A DNA stretch of 64,000 nt from Octopus bimaculoides (lineage: Eukaryota): assembly GCF_001194135.2 (NCBI RefSeq), contig NC_068981.1:160432722-160496721 (forward strand), given 5' to 3'. Below are positions 26,595 through 40,005 of the stretch, in pieces. The translations under genes were made by a program, and so were the position numbers. The notes under the pieces are model-generated. The model made no database searches and was not told the origin of the DNA. It saw nothing but the letters and a program-made list of their open reading frames with translations. How positions within the stretch are numbered: the first letter of the stretch is position 1; the number at the start of each line of letters is the position of its first letter.

Positions 26595-27378
26595 NNNNNN
26601 NNNNNNNNNNNNNNNNNNNNNNNNNNNNNNNNNNNNNNNNNNNNNNNNNNNNNNNNNNNNNNNNNNNNNNNNNNNNNNNNNNNNNNNNNNNNNNNNNNNN
26701 NNNNNNNNNNNNNNNNNNNNNNNNNNNNNNNNNNNNNNNNNNNNNNNNNNNNNNNNNNNNNNNNNNNNNNNNNNNNNNNNNNNNNNNNNNNNNNNNNNNN
26801 NNNNNNNNNNNNNNNNNNNNNNNNNNNNNNNNNNNNNNNNNNNNNNNNNNNNNNNNNNNNNNNNNNNNNNNNNNNNNNNNNNNNNNNNNNNNNNNNNNNN
26901 NNNNNNNNNNNNNNNNNNNNNNNNNNNNNNNNNNNNNNNNNNNNNNNNNNNNNNNNNNNNNNNNNNNNNNNNNNNNNNNNNNNNNNNNNNNNNNNNNNNN
27001 NNNNNNNNNNNNNNNNNNNNNNNNNNNNNNNNNNNNNNNNNNNNNNNNNNNNNNNNNNNNNNNNNNNNNNNNNNNNNNNNNNNNNNNNNNNNNNNNNNNN
27101 NNNNNNNNNNNNNNNNNNNNNNNNNNNNNNNNNNNNNNNNNNNNNNNNNNNNNNNNNNNNNNNNNNNNNNNNNNNNNNNNNNNNNNNNNNNNNNNNNNNN
27201 NNNNNNNNNNNNNNNNNNNNNNNNNNNNNNNNNNNNNNNNNNNNNNNNNNNNNNNNNNNNNNNNNNNNNNNNNNNNNNNNNNNNNNNNNNNNNNNNNNNN
27301 NNNNNNNNNNNNNNNNNNNNNNNNNNNNNNNNNNNNNNNNNNNNNNNNNNNNNNNNNNNNNNNNNNNNNNNNNNNNNN

Positions 27379-27437
<59 letters not shown>

Positions 27438-30080
27438 GTATGTATCACTCTGCTGAGTGGTTGGTGTTAGGAAGGGCATCCAACTGTAAAAATCCTGCCA
27501 AAACAGTCACAGAGGTCCAGTATAGGCTTTGGCCTGGCCTGTTCTTGTGGTACCATTCCACCCAGGCTAGCATGGAACACAGACGTTAAATGATGATGTA
27601 TGTATTTGTGTGATTGTGTCTGTTTGTCCCCCACCATCACTTGACAATCGATGCTGGTGTGTTTATGTCCCTGTAACTTAGCAGTTCAACAAAAAGACCA
27701 ATAGAATAAGTACTCGGCTTACAAAGAATAAATCCTGGGGTCGATTTCTTCAGCTAAAACCCATTAAGGCAGTGCTCCAGCATAGACGCAGTCAAACGAC
27801 TGAAGCACGTAAATGAATCAAAGAATACATACATACATATTATCTGGTATCCTCCTCCCCCCCCCCAGAAAAGCAGTACCCTTCGAGTATGTGCTGACTC
27901 TAACTGTGGTGACCCATCCAATCAATGCCAACAAGGAAAGTAAACATATAATAACTTTTACACACATGCCAGTGCCCCTGGACTGGCTCTTGTGCGGGTG
28001 GCACATAAGATGCACCTTTTTGAGCGTGACCGTTGCCAGTGCCGCCTGACTGGCCTTCGTAGGGTTTTCGAGCGAGATCGTTGCCAGTGCCCCTGGACTG
28101 GCTTTTGTGCGGGTGGCACATAAAAGACACCATTTCGAGCGTGGCCGTTGCCAGTACTGCCTGACTGGCCTTCGTGCGGGTGACACGTAAAAGCACCCAC
28201 TACACTCTCTGAGTGGTTGGCGTTAGGAAGGGCATCCAGCTGTAGAAACTCTGCCAAATTAGATNNNNNNNNNNNNNNNNNNNNNNNNNNNNNNNNNNNN
28301 NNNNNNNNNNNNNNNNNNNNNNNNNNNNNNNNNNNNNNNNNNNNNNNNNNNNNNNNNNNNNNNNNNNNNNNNNNNNNNNNNNNNNNNNNNNNNNNNNNNN
28401 NNNNNNNNNNNNNNNNNNNNNNNNNNNNNNNNNNNNNNNNNNNNNNNNNNNNNNNNNNNNNNNNNNNNNNNNNNNNNNNNNNNNNNNNNNNNNNNNNNNN
28501 NNNNNNNNNNNNNNNNNNNNNNNNNNNNNNNNNNNNNNNNNNNNNNNNNNNNNNNNNNNNNNNNNNNNNNNNNNNNNNNNNNNNNNNNNNNNNNNNNNNN
28601 NNNNNNNNNNNNNNNNNNNNNNNNNNNNNNNNNNNNNNNNNNNNNNNNNNNNNNNNNNNNNNNNNNNNNNNNNNNNNNNNNNNNNNNNNNNNNNNNNNNN
28701 NNNNNNNNNNNNNNNNNNNNNNNNNNNNNNNNNNNNNNNNNNNNNNNNNNNNNNNNNNNNNNNNNNNNNNNNNNNNNNNNNNNNNNNNNNNNNNNNNNNN
28801 NNNNNNNNNNNNNNNNNNNNNNNNNNNNNNNNNNNNNNNNNNNNNNNNNNNNNNNNNNNNNNNNNNNNNNNNNNNNNNNNNNNNNNNNNNNNNNNNNNNN
28901 NNNNNNNNNNNNNNNNNNNNNNNNNNNNNNNNNNNNNNNNNNNNNNNNNNNNNNNNNNNNNNNNNNNNNNNNNNNNNNNNNNNNNNNNNNNNNNNNNNNN
29001 NNNNNNNNNNNNNNNNNNNNNNNNNNNNNNNNNNNNNNNNNNNNNNNNNNNNNNNNNNNNNNNNNNNNNNNNNNNNNNNNNNNNNNNNNNNNNNNNNNNN
29101 NNNNNNNNNNNNNNNNNNNNNNNNNNNNNNNNNNNNNNNNNNNNNNNNNNNNNNNNNNNNNNNNNNNNNNNNNNNNNNNNNNNNNNNNNNNNNNNNNNNN
29201 NNNNNNNNNNNNNNNNNNNNNNNNNNNNNNNNNNNNNNNNNNTATATATATTATGTATGTGTATATACAGGAATTATGAGTGGATGGGAATAGCAAAATG
29301 TTTTCTGCTCATTTTCTCAACACACATGGAACTCCAGAATCTTGTTTAGGAAGAGGTTTCAAAGAGATCTTTTGCGATATGCCAATCAATACAGTTCATC
29401 CATGGCTAAAACATGCTTTGAAATGATGCTAGTGATAAAGGCTGAGATTTCCATATGCATGTGTGTATGAGAGTATGTATGTGTGAGTGTTTGTGTACAT
29501 GTATATATGTCCATGTGGGTGGGGCGGAGTGTTTGTGTGTATATGTATGCATGTATACCTGTGTCTCTATATATCATCATCATCATCATCATCGTTTAAC
29601 GTCCGCTTTCCATGCTAGCATGGGTTGGACGATTTGACTGAGGACTGGTGAAACCGGATGGCAACACCAGGCTCCAGTCTAATTTGGCAGAGTTTCTACA
29701 GCTGGATGCCCTTCCTAACGCCAACCACTCAGAGAGTGTAGTGGGTGCTTTTACGTGTCACCCGCACGAAAACAGCCACGCTCGAAATGGTGTCTTTTAT
29801 GTGCCACNNNNNNNNNNNNNNNNNNNNNNNNNNNNNNNNNNNNNNNNNNNNNNNNNNNNNNNNNNNNNNNNNNNNNNNNNNNNNNNNNNNNNNNNNNNNN
29901 NNNNNNNNNNNNNNNNNNNNNNNNNNNNNNNNNNNNNNNNNNNNNNNNNNNNNNNNNNNNNNNNNNNNNNNNNNNNNNNNNNNNNNNNNNNNNNNNNNNN
30001 NNNNNNNNNNNNNNNNNNNNNNNNNNNNNNNNNNNNNNNNNNNNNNNNNNNNNNNNNNNNNNNNNNNNNNNNNNNNNNNN
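26595..30080. other. Cluster of assembly gaps (26595-27378, 28265-29241, 29808-30080); other gaps at 43122-43725, 44889-45257 and 54230-55109
   Basis: N runs, mostly bordered by (TA)n/(CA)n or by young repeat copies. Confidence 0.99.
27965..28264 (+). mobile_element. Young RTE-family 3' UTR with four GCCAGT-N8-ACTGGC hairpin modules, running into an N-gap
   Basis: CpG-rich. Ends in GAGTGGTTGGCGTTAGGAAGGGCATCCAGCTGTAGAAACTCTGCC, as at 55140. Confidence 0.8.
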
Positions 30081-30390
30081 CTGGGCCTACCTCTTCCATG
30101 GGTTCCCTCAACTGTTAGGGTGTGGCACTTTTTCACGCAGCTATCCTCATCCATTCTCACCACATGTCCATACCAGCGCAATCGTCTCTCTTGCACACCA
30201 CAACTGATGCTTCTAATGTTCAGCTTTTCTCTCAAGATACTTACACTCTGACGGGTATTCACATTGACATTACACATCCAACGGAGCATACTGGCTTCAT
30301 TCCTTGCGAGCTTACGCATGTCCTCAGCAGTTACAGCCCATGTTTCACTGCCATGTAGCATGGCTGTTCGTACGCATGCGTCATACAATA
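29575..30390 (-). mobile_element. 5'-truncated RTE-clade LINE (C-terminus of ORF plus 3' UTR, with an N-gap inside)
   Basis: Open frame YDACVRTAMLHGSETWAVT...MLRWMC...LREKLNI...VQERRLRWYGHVVRM...VEGTHGRGRP. The 3' end terminates in (GAT)n. Confidence 0.9.
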
Positions 30391-31220
30391 TGTATATATC
30401 TGTATCCTATCAAATCTAAATTTGCTGCTACCCTTTGCAGGGTGGGGCAGGCATGACCCTCTCCCTTTACCTGCTAATCATAGCTTTTTCAACCATTTCA
30501 TCTCTCTTTCATTTATAATCTTGTTTCTAATCACCCTACCACATATAAAACTGGCAAACTGTGAATGGCTGTCTCCCTACATCCTACACCCACCCCCGTA
30601 CATACCCACCACCACCATCACTACCTCCCAGTCCTTCACTGGGCCTGTATATGAGACTCTACTGGTTTATTTTCTTTGTTCTACCTGCGACCACCTTCCC
30701 TCCTCCAGCTCGCTTACCATGCACTTACCACCCTATCAATGATATAACTTTGTCTTGCCACCTGTAATGTCTGCTTGCTCACCTTCTGCCATTTATCACT
30801 CCCTCTCTTCCCCATGTCCTCTCACTTTCCTCTGGTGACAGTTTGTCTGCCACTCTCTCTCTCTCTTTCTCTCCCCATGATCTCCACTTTTCATTTTCTT
30901 TCAATGACTGTCTGGATTCCTCACCACCCTAGTCTACTTTCACTCCTTCATATTACCTTTCTCCTCACACTTTCTACCCACACTTGCCCTTACTGCACAG
31001 GGTAGCCCTGGACCTGCTGCTACACAACTTACTTCATCACCCTTACCACTCTATCCCTCTCTTTCTCACTAACTATGGCTACTAATCCCTTATCTTTCCT
31101 TAGTCTCTGTTGAATCCCCACCCCTGCTACTCAATAGTGTCTGCTCCGTTAGTCTCTCCACCCTCTCACAACTATGAAACTGTCTTTCTCATCTTACTTT
31201 ACCATCTTTCAGTATCTTAA

Positions 31221-31270
<50 letters not shown>

Positions 31271-31924
31271 AAACAAGGACCCCTTTAGGACCTTTATAGT
31301 CTTGCAAATTGCAAGGCAACCTCACGAATACAGGTACCATGAGAAAAAAAAACATCTACACTCTATTAATGCCTGTATATAACTTCCCAAACATGTGATT
31401 TTCTGTTCCATTCAGTTCCACTGCCTGGTACCTAGGTTTAGTTTTTTTACTGTAGCCCAGGGCTACAGTAGAATTGTGTAGATTTGGTCAGACACTGAAA
31501 GAAACCTGCTATTTGTGTGTGTGTGTGCGTTAAATATAAATGGCAATTTCTGTCTGTCTGTTACCATCTTGCTGCCCAAACTAGGGAACCAATCTTCACC
31601 AAACTTTGTTTACATGTTGAACTGACGTCCAGTTCAATTACAGGCTTATTGGATTTCAATAAAAATCGATTATGGACCACAGGGGTTGGACTATTACGTG
31701 ATAAAAGGAGGGGTGTGCAAAAGTATTAGGCTTAGGAAAATGTAGCATAATAAGAGTGGATGATATCAGGGAAGGGGAGGAAATATGAAGAGATAGACAC
31801 AGGGAATGTGAGAGATAGACAGAGAGAACGACAGACAGGGAGGTCTTCCATATATAGATATAAAAGAGAGTTTGTGTGTGCGTGCACACAAGTCAACTAT
31901 CATAAACATTATTTACAACGACGA

Positions 31925-32793
31925 CTACATCACATTTTCTATATGAATGTATACCTTAAAAGACATCCATTTTTCTATATTTTATGACAAAATACAGTCA
32001 CTCACACTCTCTCTCTCACATGCACACGCACACATATATACAAAAAAGATGTATGCGTATGTATTTATGTATATGAAAGATGTGTTTGTGTGAGAGACAG
32101 AGAAAGAGACTGAATGCATACCACTTACACATACATGATAACACACACCTTCACTCACACTCACTCCTTCTCTATCTCTTTCACGCAGAAAAACACACAC
32201 ACACATCCATTTCATATATACGTACATACATCTTTCACTTTCTGCTCTCACTTCAAAGCTAACATCGCAGTTTCACTTTCTCTTCTATTTCAATTTCTGC
32301 TCTCTTCAAAGCATAAAGAAATTTTTAAAATAATTACAGAAATTAACAAAGACATTCAAAAACTGAGTTACCGATTTTGACGTATGGGGTATCAAAAGAT
32401 TCATTAATCTTTCAGCTAACAAATAAACTTTATTTTCATTTACATATTTGCATTACAAAAATTTAACATTATAATCTTTCTATAATTCAACTATCCTAAA
32501 TGACATTTTATACCACATCGATGATACATTTTCTATATGTTTCTACCTGAGACATTCATTTCTCTGTTATGAGGAAATATGGTCTCTCACTTTCTCTCTC
32601 ACATGCACACACACATACATACAAAAAAGATGTATTTATGTATGTGTCTCTGAAAGATAATATGTGTGTGTGTGTGAGAGAGAGAGAACTAGTGAATGTC
32701 ACTCACACATACATGCAAAAAGTTACATACATGACAGCACACACTTTCACTCACTCTCTCTCTCTTTCTCTCTCTCTGTTTCTTTATCTCTCT

Positions 32794-32829
<36 letters not shown>

Positions 32830-32970
32830 TTTCATATACACATACATACATCTCTCACTTTCTGCTCTCACTTCAAAGCAAATGTCGCCTTCCTACTGTC
32901 TCCTCTCTTTCAATTTCTGCTTTCTTCAAAGCATAAATAAATAAAAAAATTTACGGAAATTAACGAACAA
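31925..32970 (+). repeat. Diverged direct repeat pair (~31925-32345 and ~32515-32970)
   Basis: Shared blocks occur in the same order, for example CACTTTCTGCTCTCACTTCAAAGC and TTTCAATTTCTGCT.TCTTCAAAGCATAAA. Confidence 0.8.
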
Positions 32971-33309
32971 TCATATGATCCCATATGATCAAGCTGACAA
33001 CTTTCCTACTTCAAACGAAAGAATGCCATAAAATAACTTCCTTTGGCACACATGCATGCACACACACACATACACACAAACACACACTCTAGGTAAAACT
33101 TCTGTATGAATTATGTTATTTCTTGCTATGTGCATGCACAAAATTACAACTCAAATCCAATTGAAATCACATTTTCTATTCTATAATTCATTCAATATAA
33201 ATTTCAAAGGAAGTTCTCCCAGAAATCCTGTCCTTTTACCCATTGTTTCTAGCATATCCGAGGTGACATTTGCACCCACTTGATTTTTCTCCTAAATTTC
33301 TTCCAATTC

Positions 33310-33955
33310 CTATGTTTTCAATACAAGAGATTAGAATTTCACCCAAAAACACGTTCTCAATATTTTAATCTTCTCCTTCTCCATCCCAATTTCTTCAGTT
33401 TCTACTTTTTTCAAATTTTTTTCTTGGTAATCCATGGAGAAAAATACAGAGTATAAATCTAAGAATTTTCTTCTTCCTTTTTTCTTTAAGAAACACTAAA
33501 ATCTCCTTCCCAAACATCCACCCATCACCTCACCACTTTCAAAAAGCTACAAACTTTCAATGTTTCACTTTTAGCTTTTTGGAAAGAAGAGAAGTTTCTT
33601 CAGAAGTAATGTCATTTATCTGTTGTTTCTAACATATCAGGTTTTCTGGTGGTGCTCTAATATTTTTTATGTCTGCTATTTCAGTACAATTCTACACATA
33701 CATGAAACATAAGATGAAAGTGAAACAGAGTGTTTTTAGCTTTTTGAAAGTGGGTAGGTGATGGATGGGCAAGGTGGGGGAAGGGGCATTGAGTGTTTCT
33801 TGAAGAAAAATTAAACTTTAAAAAAATATATATTTCCCAGATTCATAATCTCTGTATTTTTCTACATGGATAAAAAAAAATTGATAAAAAAAATCATGAA
33901 TTAAGAAATTGTGGTGGAGACGAGGGAAAACTAAAATTTTGAAAACATACAACAA
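33310..33955. repeat. Long imperfect inverted repeat (foldback) with ~200-bp core arms and a ~145-bp spacer
   Basis: 33379-33571 pairs with the reverse complement of 33717-33919, for example CACTTTCAAAAAGCTA / TAGCTTTTTGAAAGTG and CCATG.AGAAAAATACAGAG / CTCTGTATTTTTCT.CATGG. Confidence 0.8.
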
Positions 33956-36146
33956 AACAATACATAGTTTGTGATCCATCTTAAGAAAGCACTTTCATGC
34001 AAATTGTACCCTCCTATTGGTGAGAATTAACTGGTCAAGGAACGAAAAGGAATAGAAAAAAGGGGCAGAAAAAATATTTTTTGGCTTTCAGGTGATATAA
34101 TAGATTATTGGTTGGATATCAGTTCCTATATCAGCAAAAACATTTTATAGCTGTGTTCTTCATTAATGTTGTATGGTTTTAAAGTATACTTATTCCATCA
34201 GCTACTTAGATGAGGAAACTTAGACATGCCTTTATCATTTTATTGCTCCCAAAGTCTGCTATCCACCAAATTATAACAATCAACGAAATTTTGTCTATCT
34301 AGTAGTCGTGCACATGCACACACAGTAAAAGATATAGGTGACACATACACAACAGATGGCTTACATATATCTTAGTATTTCTTTTCCTTCCTTGTGTGTG
34401 TGTGGTGCGATGATTCAAACAGGAAAAATAGAATTCAAAACATGAGTGTATATACATGTTTTTTTTATTAATAATTGGCAAAAGTTACTGAGTGACCCTA
34501 GGACCAAGATTTTTGTGCACTGATAATGTCAACACATGAAACTCTCAGCCCTTGAGTCACTCTGCAATTTCTACTGATTATTAATTTAAAATATACGTGT
34601 GTGTGTACCAGCATGGAAGGCGGAGATTAAACGATGATGATATATATATATAATATATATGTGAGGTGTATGTATGCGTGTTTGTTTGGTTGAGTGAGTT
34701 TTCATTTCCATTATTTACACATTCGATCTTTTGTTGGCTGTAAACAATGGGTCTGCTGATGGTGTAATCCACCTCAAAAGCATGTCTGGGCTTCATAACA
34801 GGTGTTGAGATGTATTCCTGTTTGTATAGTGTCACTTGTTTCAGGTTCTCTGTACAAACATGTCCAAGTTGTTTGTTGTTCAATAGACTGGGGGAGTGTT
34901 ACCTTACTTGGAAGTAAATGGGGGTTAGCAACAGGAAGAGCATCCATCTGTAGAAAATTCTGTTCCAACATGCTCTTGTCTGACCTATGCAAGCATGAAA
35001 ATGTTGACATTAAAACGGATGATAGTGATGATGTTGATGTATGCATGAACATATATATATTTATACACACACGCAAAAAATTCACAAGTTGTTTTTAGGA
35101 GAGTGAGAAATCTATATAAAGCAGAATATATGTAACAACATTTTACTACCTGAGAACACTACAAGGATATAATAATAATATTAAAGATGAACTCTCTGTC
35201 AAAGACAACGTATGAGTGTTCAGCTTTTGCTGAACAACCTACAAAAATTATTTGTTTATAGTGATCAAAAGTATGTGTCGTACATAAGCTCATTCTCTCC
35301 ATCAAATCAACATTGCCTGGACAGGTGCACAGAGTAATTTGAGATGAATTGTTTTGCTCAAGAACACAATGCACCACTCACCCATACACACATATATGTG
35401 GTACTAAAATGAAAAAAATTACAAAGACGAGGTAAAAGAAAAGAATGAATGTCTTAGTCACCACATGCTGAAATGTCCAGAAGAGGAAGAAATGGGTTTG
35501 AGGTATTGGGTTGACAAGGGGATCAGCAGATGGCATCAGTGTATGGGCATGCATGTGTGTGCATGTGCACAAACATGTATGTGTGTATACATGTCAGTTG
35601 GCATGTGTATGTATGTGACTCTATCTGATGTGTGTGTGTACGAGGCTGTCAGATGTCTGTATGTATTATATATATACATACATACACACACACAAGCATA
35701 TATACATACATACACACATGTATATATGTATGTATATGGCAGGCTTCTTTCAGTTTCCAGCTGCCAAATCCACTCAGAAGGTGTTTGTTGGAGTGGGGCT
35801 ATAGTTGAAGCCACTTGTCTAAGATGCTGCAGAGTGGGACTGAACCCTAGACCACAAGCAAGCTTCTTAACCACACAACCCCACCCATATGTACATCCAT
35901 CCATCCATACATACATACATACATATATATATATATATATGACACTAATGGTAACACAAATACATATATTGTGTTTATTAAATATTTATCTCTCACCCAC
36001 CAGATGGAGTACTTTTTTTGTTGATCTTACCATCATGGAACAGTACACTGTGTGTGTGTGTGTGCGTGCATATATAAAATTTATGTGATAATAAACTTAT
36101 TCGTTATGAAGAAATTAAGTTAAGTTGGTTTTATTTTCTTTTAAAG

Positions 36147-36267
36147 GTCCTCATTGCTACCAGCACACTGGCTTGGGGCGTCAATTTCCCAGCTCATTTA
36201 GTTATCATTAAAGGAACAGAATACTATGATGGTAAAACCAGGCGTTATGTGGATTTTCCAATTACAG
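36147..36267 (+). CDS. ASCC3: ASCC3 internal exon B (helicase motif V region): [40 protein letters not shown]
   Basis: ttttcttttaaAG acceptor and GT donor at 36268. 121 nt, phase 0/1. Continues exon A in frame (KIQ|VLIAT). Missed by the ORF track because it is short. Confidence 0.96.
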
Positions 36268-37924
36268 GTATTTTCGCTATGCTTAATATTTTAATATTTA
36301 TTTATAATTACATCCATATGTTGAGTTAATTGGAAAAAATAAACTCCTTTTTAATGTTGTTAATCATTTGTTTTGCTTATCCTTTCTTGTATGAGTAATA
36401 ATGGTGACATCAGGAAGTAAAATTACATATGTAAATATGTTACCTTTTCTTTTTAAATTCTTTGAATTTCTCATGAAAAAGAAAGGACTTGTTTGTAATA
36501 AAAACAGCAAAGCTTCATTCTAACAAAGTTTTATGGCAGTGATTTAGGTCACACCAACAATAGTAATAACTGGCTTGTTGGATTTGGGAAAAGTTTGGCA
36601 TAAATTCACAGTCCTGTTTATAGGCTGAATTGTCAGAATGCATGTTAATTGGGCATCTTTTTTTTTATTAAACTCCCTGCTTTTCAAGATTACTATCTTT
36701 TACCTCTAGTTTTTACTTGTTTTAGTCATTGGACTGTGGCCATGCTGGGACACTGCCTTGAAGGGTTTAGTTGAATATTTTGACCCCAGTACTTAATTTT
36801 AAGTCTGATATTCATTCTGTCAGTACCTTTTGCTGAATAACAAAGTTACAGGAACATAAATAAACCAACAGTGGACAAACATAAACACAAAGACAGACAA
36901 ACAAGCACACACACACACACACACACATGCACATGCACACACGCACACATGCACAACAGGCTTCCACACAACTTCTGTTTACCAAATTCACTAACAAGGC
37001 TTTGGTCAGCCCAAGGCTATAGTAGAAGACACTGGTACTGATCCAGAAACCATGTGGTTGCAAACTAAGCTTCTTAACCATACAGCCATGCCTGCACCTA
37101 CAATTAGTGATATAACCAAATGTATCAATGATTAGAGACACAAATGTAAACTTATAATCTGGGTAGAGTTGCTGTAGGTTTCATAGCAGTTGTCTAAAGA
37201 TTCGCTTTCATGGTGATATTGAAAATAATATTCACATCTGCTTGAGCAGCTGACTCCTGTAACAATACATAATCGTTCTTTTCTACTCAAACAACAGTAT
37301 CACAGCCTGCTGTATTTGCATTTGGCAACAGTTACGATAGGAATGTTTAACCAATATTGCTTATGTGGAAACACGAATGTACTCAGCATTAGAAATATTT
37401 TCTATATTTTTTTCCCCCAGGCACGCTGTACATTGCTTCAGCATTGATGACACTGTATAGTTTAGCAACATCATACCACGGAAGAAAGTAGTAACCTCCA
37501 CACACACACACACACACACACACATGCTCATGTGCGCATACACACATACTATAAAATGACTTTTGATTATAGCTTGACATTTTTATGAAAGAATGGAATG
37601 CTCCCTGTTCCAACCATTAATCTTATTAAAACCTGCTATAAATTCTACCACACGATGCCAACCATGCAAAACACTTCTCAGAAGCAGATCATTTAGATGG
37701 TGAAAGCTCTTGTTCAATGAGCATTCATCTCTATTATGAGTCTGTGACATTTTCAGTGCCATCTGTTTGGTGTCTCTGACTCAATGATGACTTATTTGAC
37801 ATTAGACATATTGATGTTTTTCTCATTTTCTGTCTCTCCCTCTCTATATGTGTGAGCATATTTCTCCTTATGTGTATGTAGAGAGGGAAAGTGTTTATGT
37901 CAATCATATTCAGTTAATAAACTG

Positions 37925-37980
<56 letters not shown>

Positions 37981-38494
37981 CTCTCTCTCCCCTCTCTCTC
38001 TCCCCCTCTCTCTCACTCATTCTCTCCCCCCCTCTCTCTCTCTCTTTGCATATATTTCTGTGGTAAAACATAATGCCTCCTTCTCAAACCCTACGAACTC
38101 CTAAGGGCCAGTTTCCTGATTTCTGTAGCATGTATATAGTCACCCACTGAACAGGACACTGGTCCATCACAGGATTTCACAATTTTGCCAGCTGAGTGGA
38201 CTGGAGCAATGTGAAATGAAGTGTTTTTTTGCTCAGGGACACAACTCAATGCAATGCATGGCTCAGTCAAGCAATTGAAACCACAATCTTACAATCACGA
38301 GTCCAGCACTCTAACCACTAGGCCACACACTTCCACAATGTTAAAACATACTGTCACCAAGACAGTTTGAATGTCCAATCAGCCATTCCAAATCATCATT
38401 ATCCAAACAGCCACATCCAGTTGTCACATTCACCTCCAATGCTCCCTTGTCAACATGCCTCAATACCTCTGACGTTCTCTTTACTTTTCATGAT

Positions 38495-40005
38495 ACTTGT
38501 TCAAATAATAATGACAATGTCATAAAGTTCTTCATTGATATGTTCATTAAGGATATCATTAATTAATTCATTGGTTTATTCATTAACATTATCATAAAGT
38601 AGATCAATTGATTAATTATTCATAATGTTATTAAATACATCGTTAGTTTATTTGTTAATGATGTCATAAAATGTCATTGGTATATTTTGTTAATGATGTC
38701 AACAGAAATCACAGGGGTTTTTTGCCGTTTTTCATTAACAAATCATAAAATAGATAATCTGTTGCAAATTGGTACAGTCATTATAGTGTTGGGTAGGATG
38801 TTTCATGTTACTGTTGCAACACTGTACTCTGAGTTCAAATCTTGCTGAAGTTAACTTTACCTTTCATATTTTTGGTATTGATTTAAATAAAAAAAAAGAT
38901 GGGGAGCAATTCGTGTAGTAGGTTAATGGTACTGTGAGAATGTTGGGCCAAATGCCTTGTGGTATTTGTCCCAGTTGTTTGCATTCTGAGTTCAAATCCT
39001 GTCATGGTCTACTTGGGTGATAGACTTAATCTATCAACTTGTTGAATACCATCAACTGGCATCCTAGTGGAGTCTACTCTGCTGCATGCATTTGGGTCAC
39101 TAACCTTGGAAACCCTGCAAAGAATCGTGGGCACTACTTTTTCCCCTGACTAAAAAATTCTATAATTTTTATCATGAAATAAATCAGTGTTGTATATCTT
39201 TAATGATAGCTTATTCATTAATATCATTAATATAGTAGTTTATTATTTTAGTGATGTCATAAAACATATCATTGTTTTAATCATTTTATGATCTCGTTTG
39301 TGTATTCATGAATATCATAAAGTAATAATTTGTGTACTTATGATGTCATAATGTACATTTTGGCTTATTCATTAGTGATGTCACAAAGTAGATCATTTGC
39401 TTACTCATTAAGAACGTCACAATATATGTCATTGATTATTCATTAATGTTGTTAGATATATTGTTAGTTTATTCACTAAAAATATCAGAAAATATATCTT
39501 TAGTTTATTTCTTTAATGATATAAAATACACCATTGCTGTTTATTCCTTCAGTGATATCATTAACCAGATAACTTGTATGTTCGTTAATGACGTTCTAAA
39601 TTACATCATTAGATTATTCATCAATGATGTCATGAAATAACATTATTAGTTTGCTCATCAACAGTGTCATGAAGTACATCACTGCTTTATTCATTTCTTC
39701 TTAATGTTGATCATTAGTTTGCTTCTTCAGTATTATCATAAAGTGGATTATTTACATGTTCATTACCAGTGTCTTACAATACATTAATGGTTTATGTCTT
39801 TAATGATGTCATAAAAACACATCATTGGTATATTCATTTCTTCATTTGTATATATTCATTAATAATACCATGGGATATATGTTATGGTTTGTTCATTAAC
39901 AATGCTGTTAGGTTCGTTATTGGATTATTCTCAAATGTTGTCATAAAATACAGTATTTGTTTATTCATTAATGCTGTCAGGAAAGTACCTCATTAGTTGA
40001 TTCAA
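38495..40005. repeat. Degenerate ~36-bp minisatellite in two blocks (~38495-38720 and ~39190-40005)
   Basis: Approximate consensus TTATTCATTAATGATGTCATAAAATACATCATTGGT. Measured unit spacings are 37 and 36 bp at 39614, 39651 and 39687. Confidence 0.75.

Noticed and set aside
27968-28169. Regularly spaced palindromic 20-mers resembling a CRISPR array
   Set aside because: The context is eukaryotic, the 'spacers' are themselves repeated, no cas genes are present, and the repeats lie in a LINE 3' UTR.
26576-30251. Long ORFs (150-390 aa) in the track here and at 42894-45451 and 54047-55224
   Set aside because: They are read-throughs of N-gaps (poly-X) flanked by (TA)n and repeat sequence. Only the RTE part at 30081-30388 is real coding-derived sequence.
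39446-39996. ORFs with repeated LFINDVIKY-like motifs
   Set aside because: They are a by-product of the 36-bp minisatellite, broken by stops and frameshifts and without splice signals.
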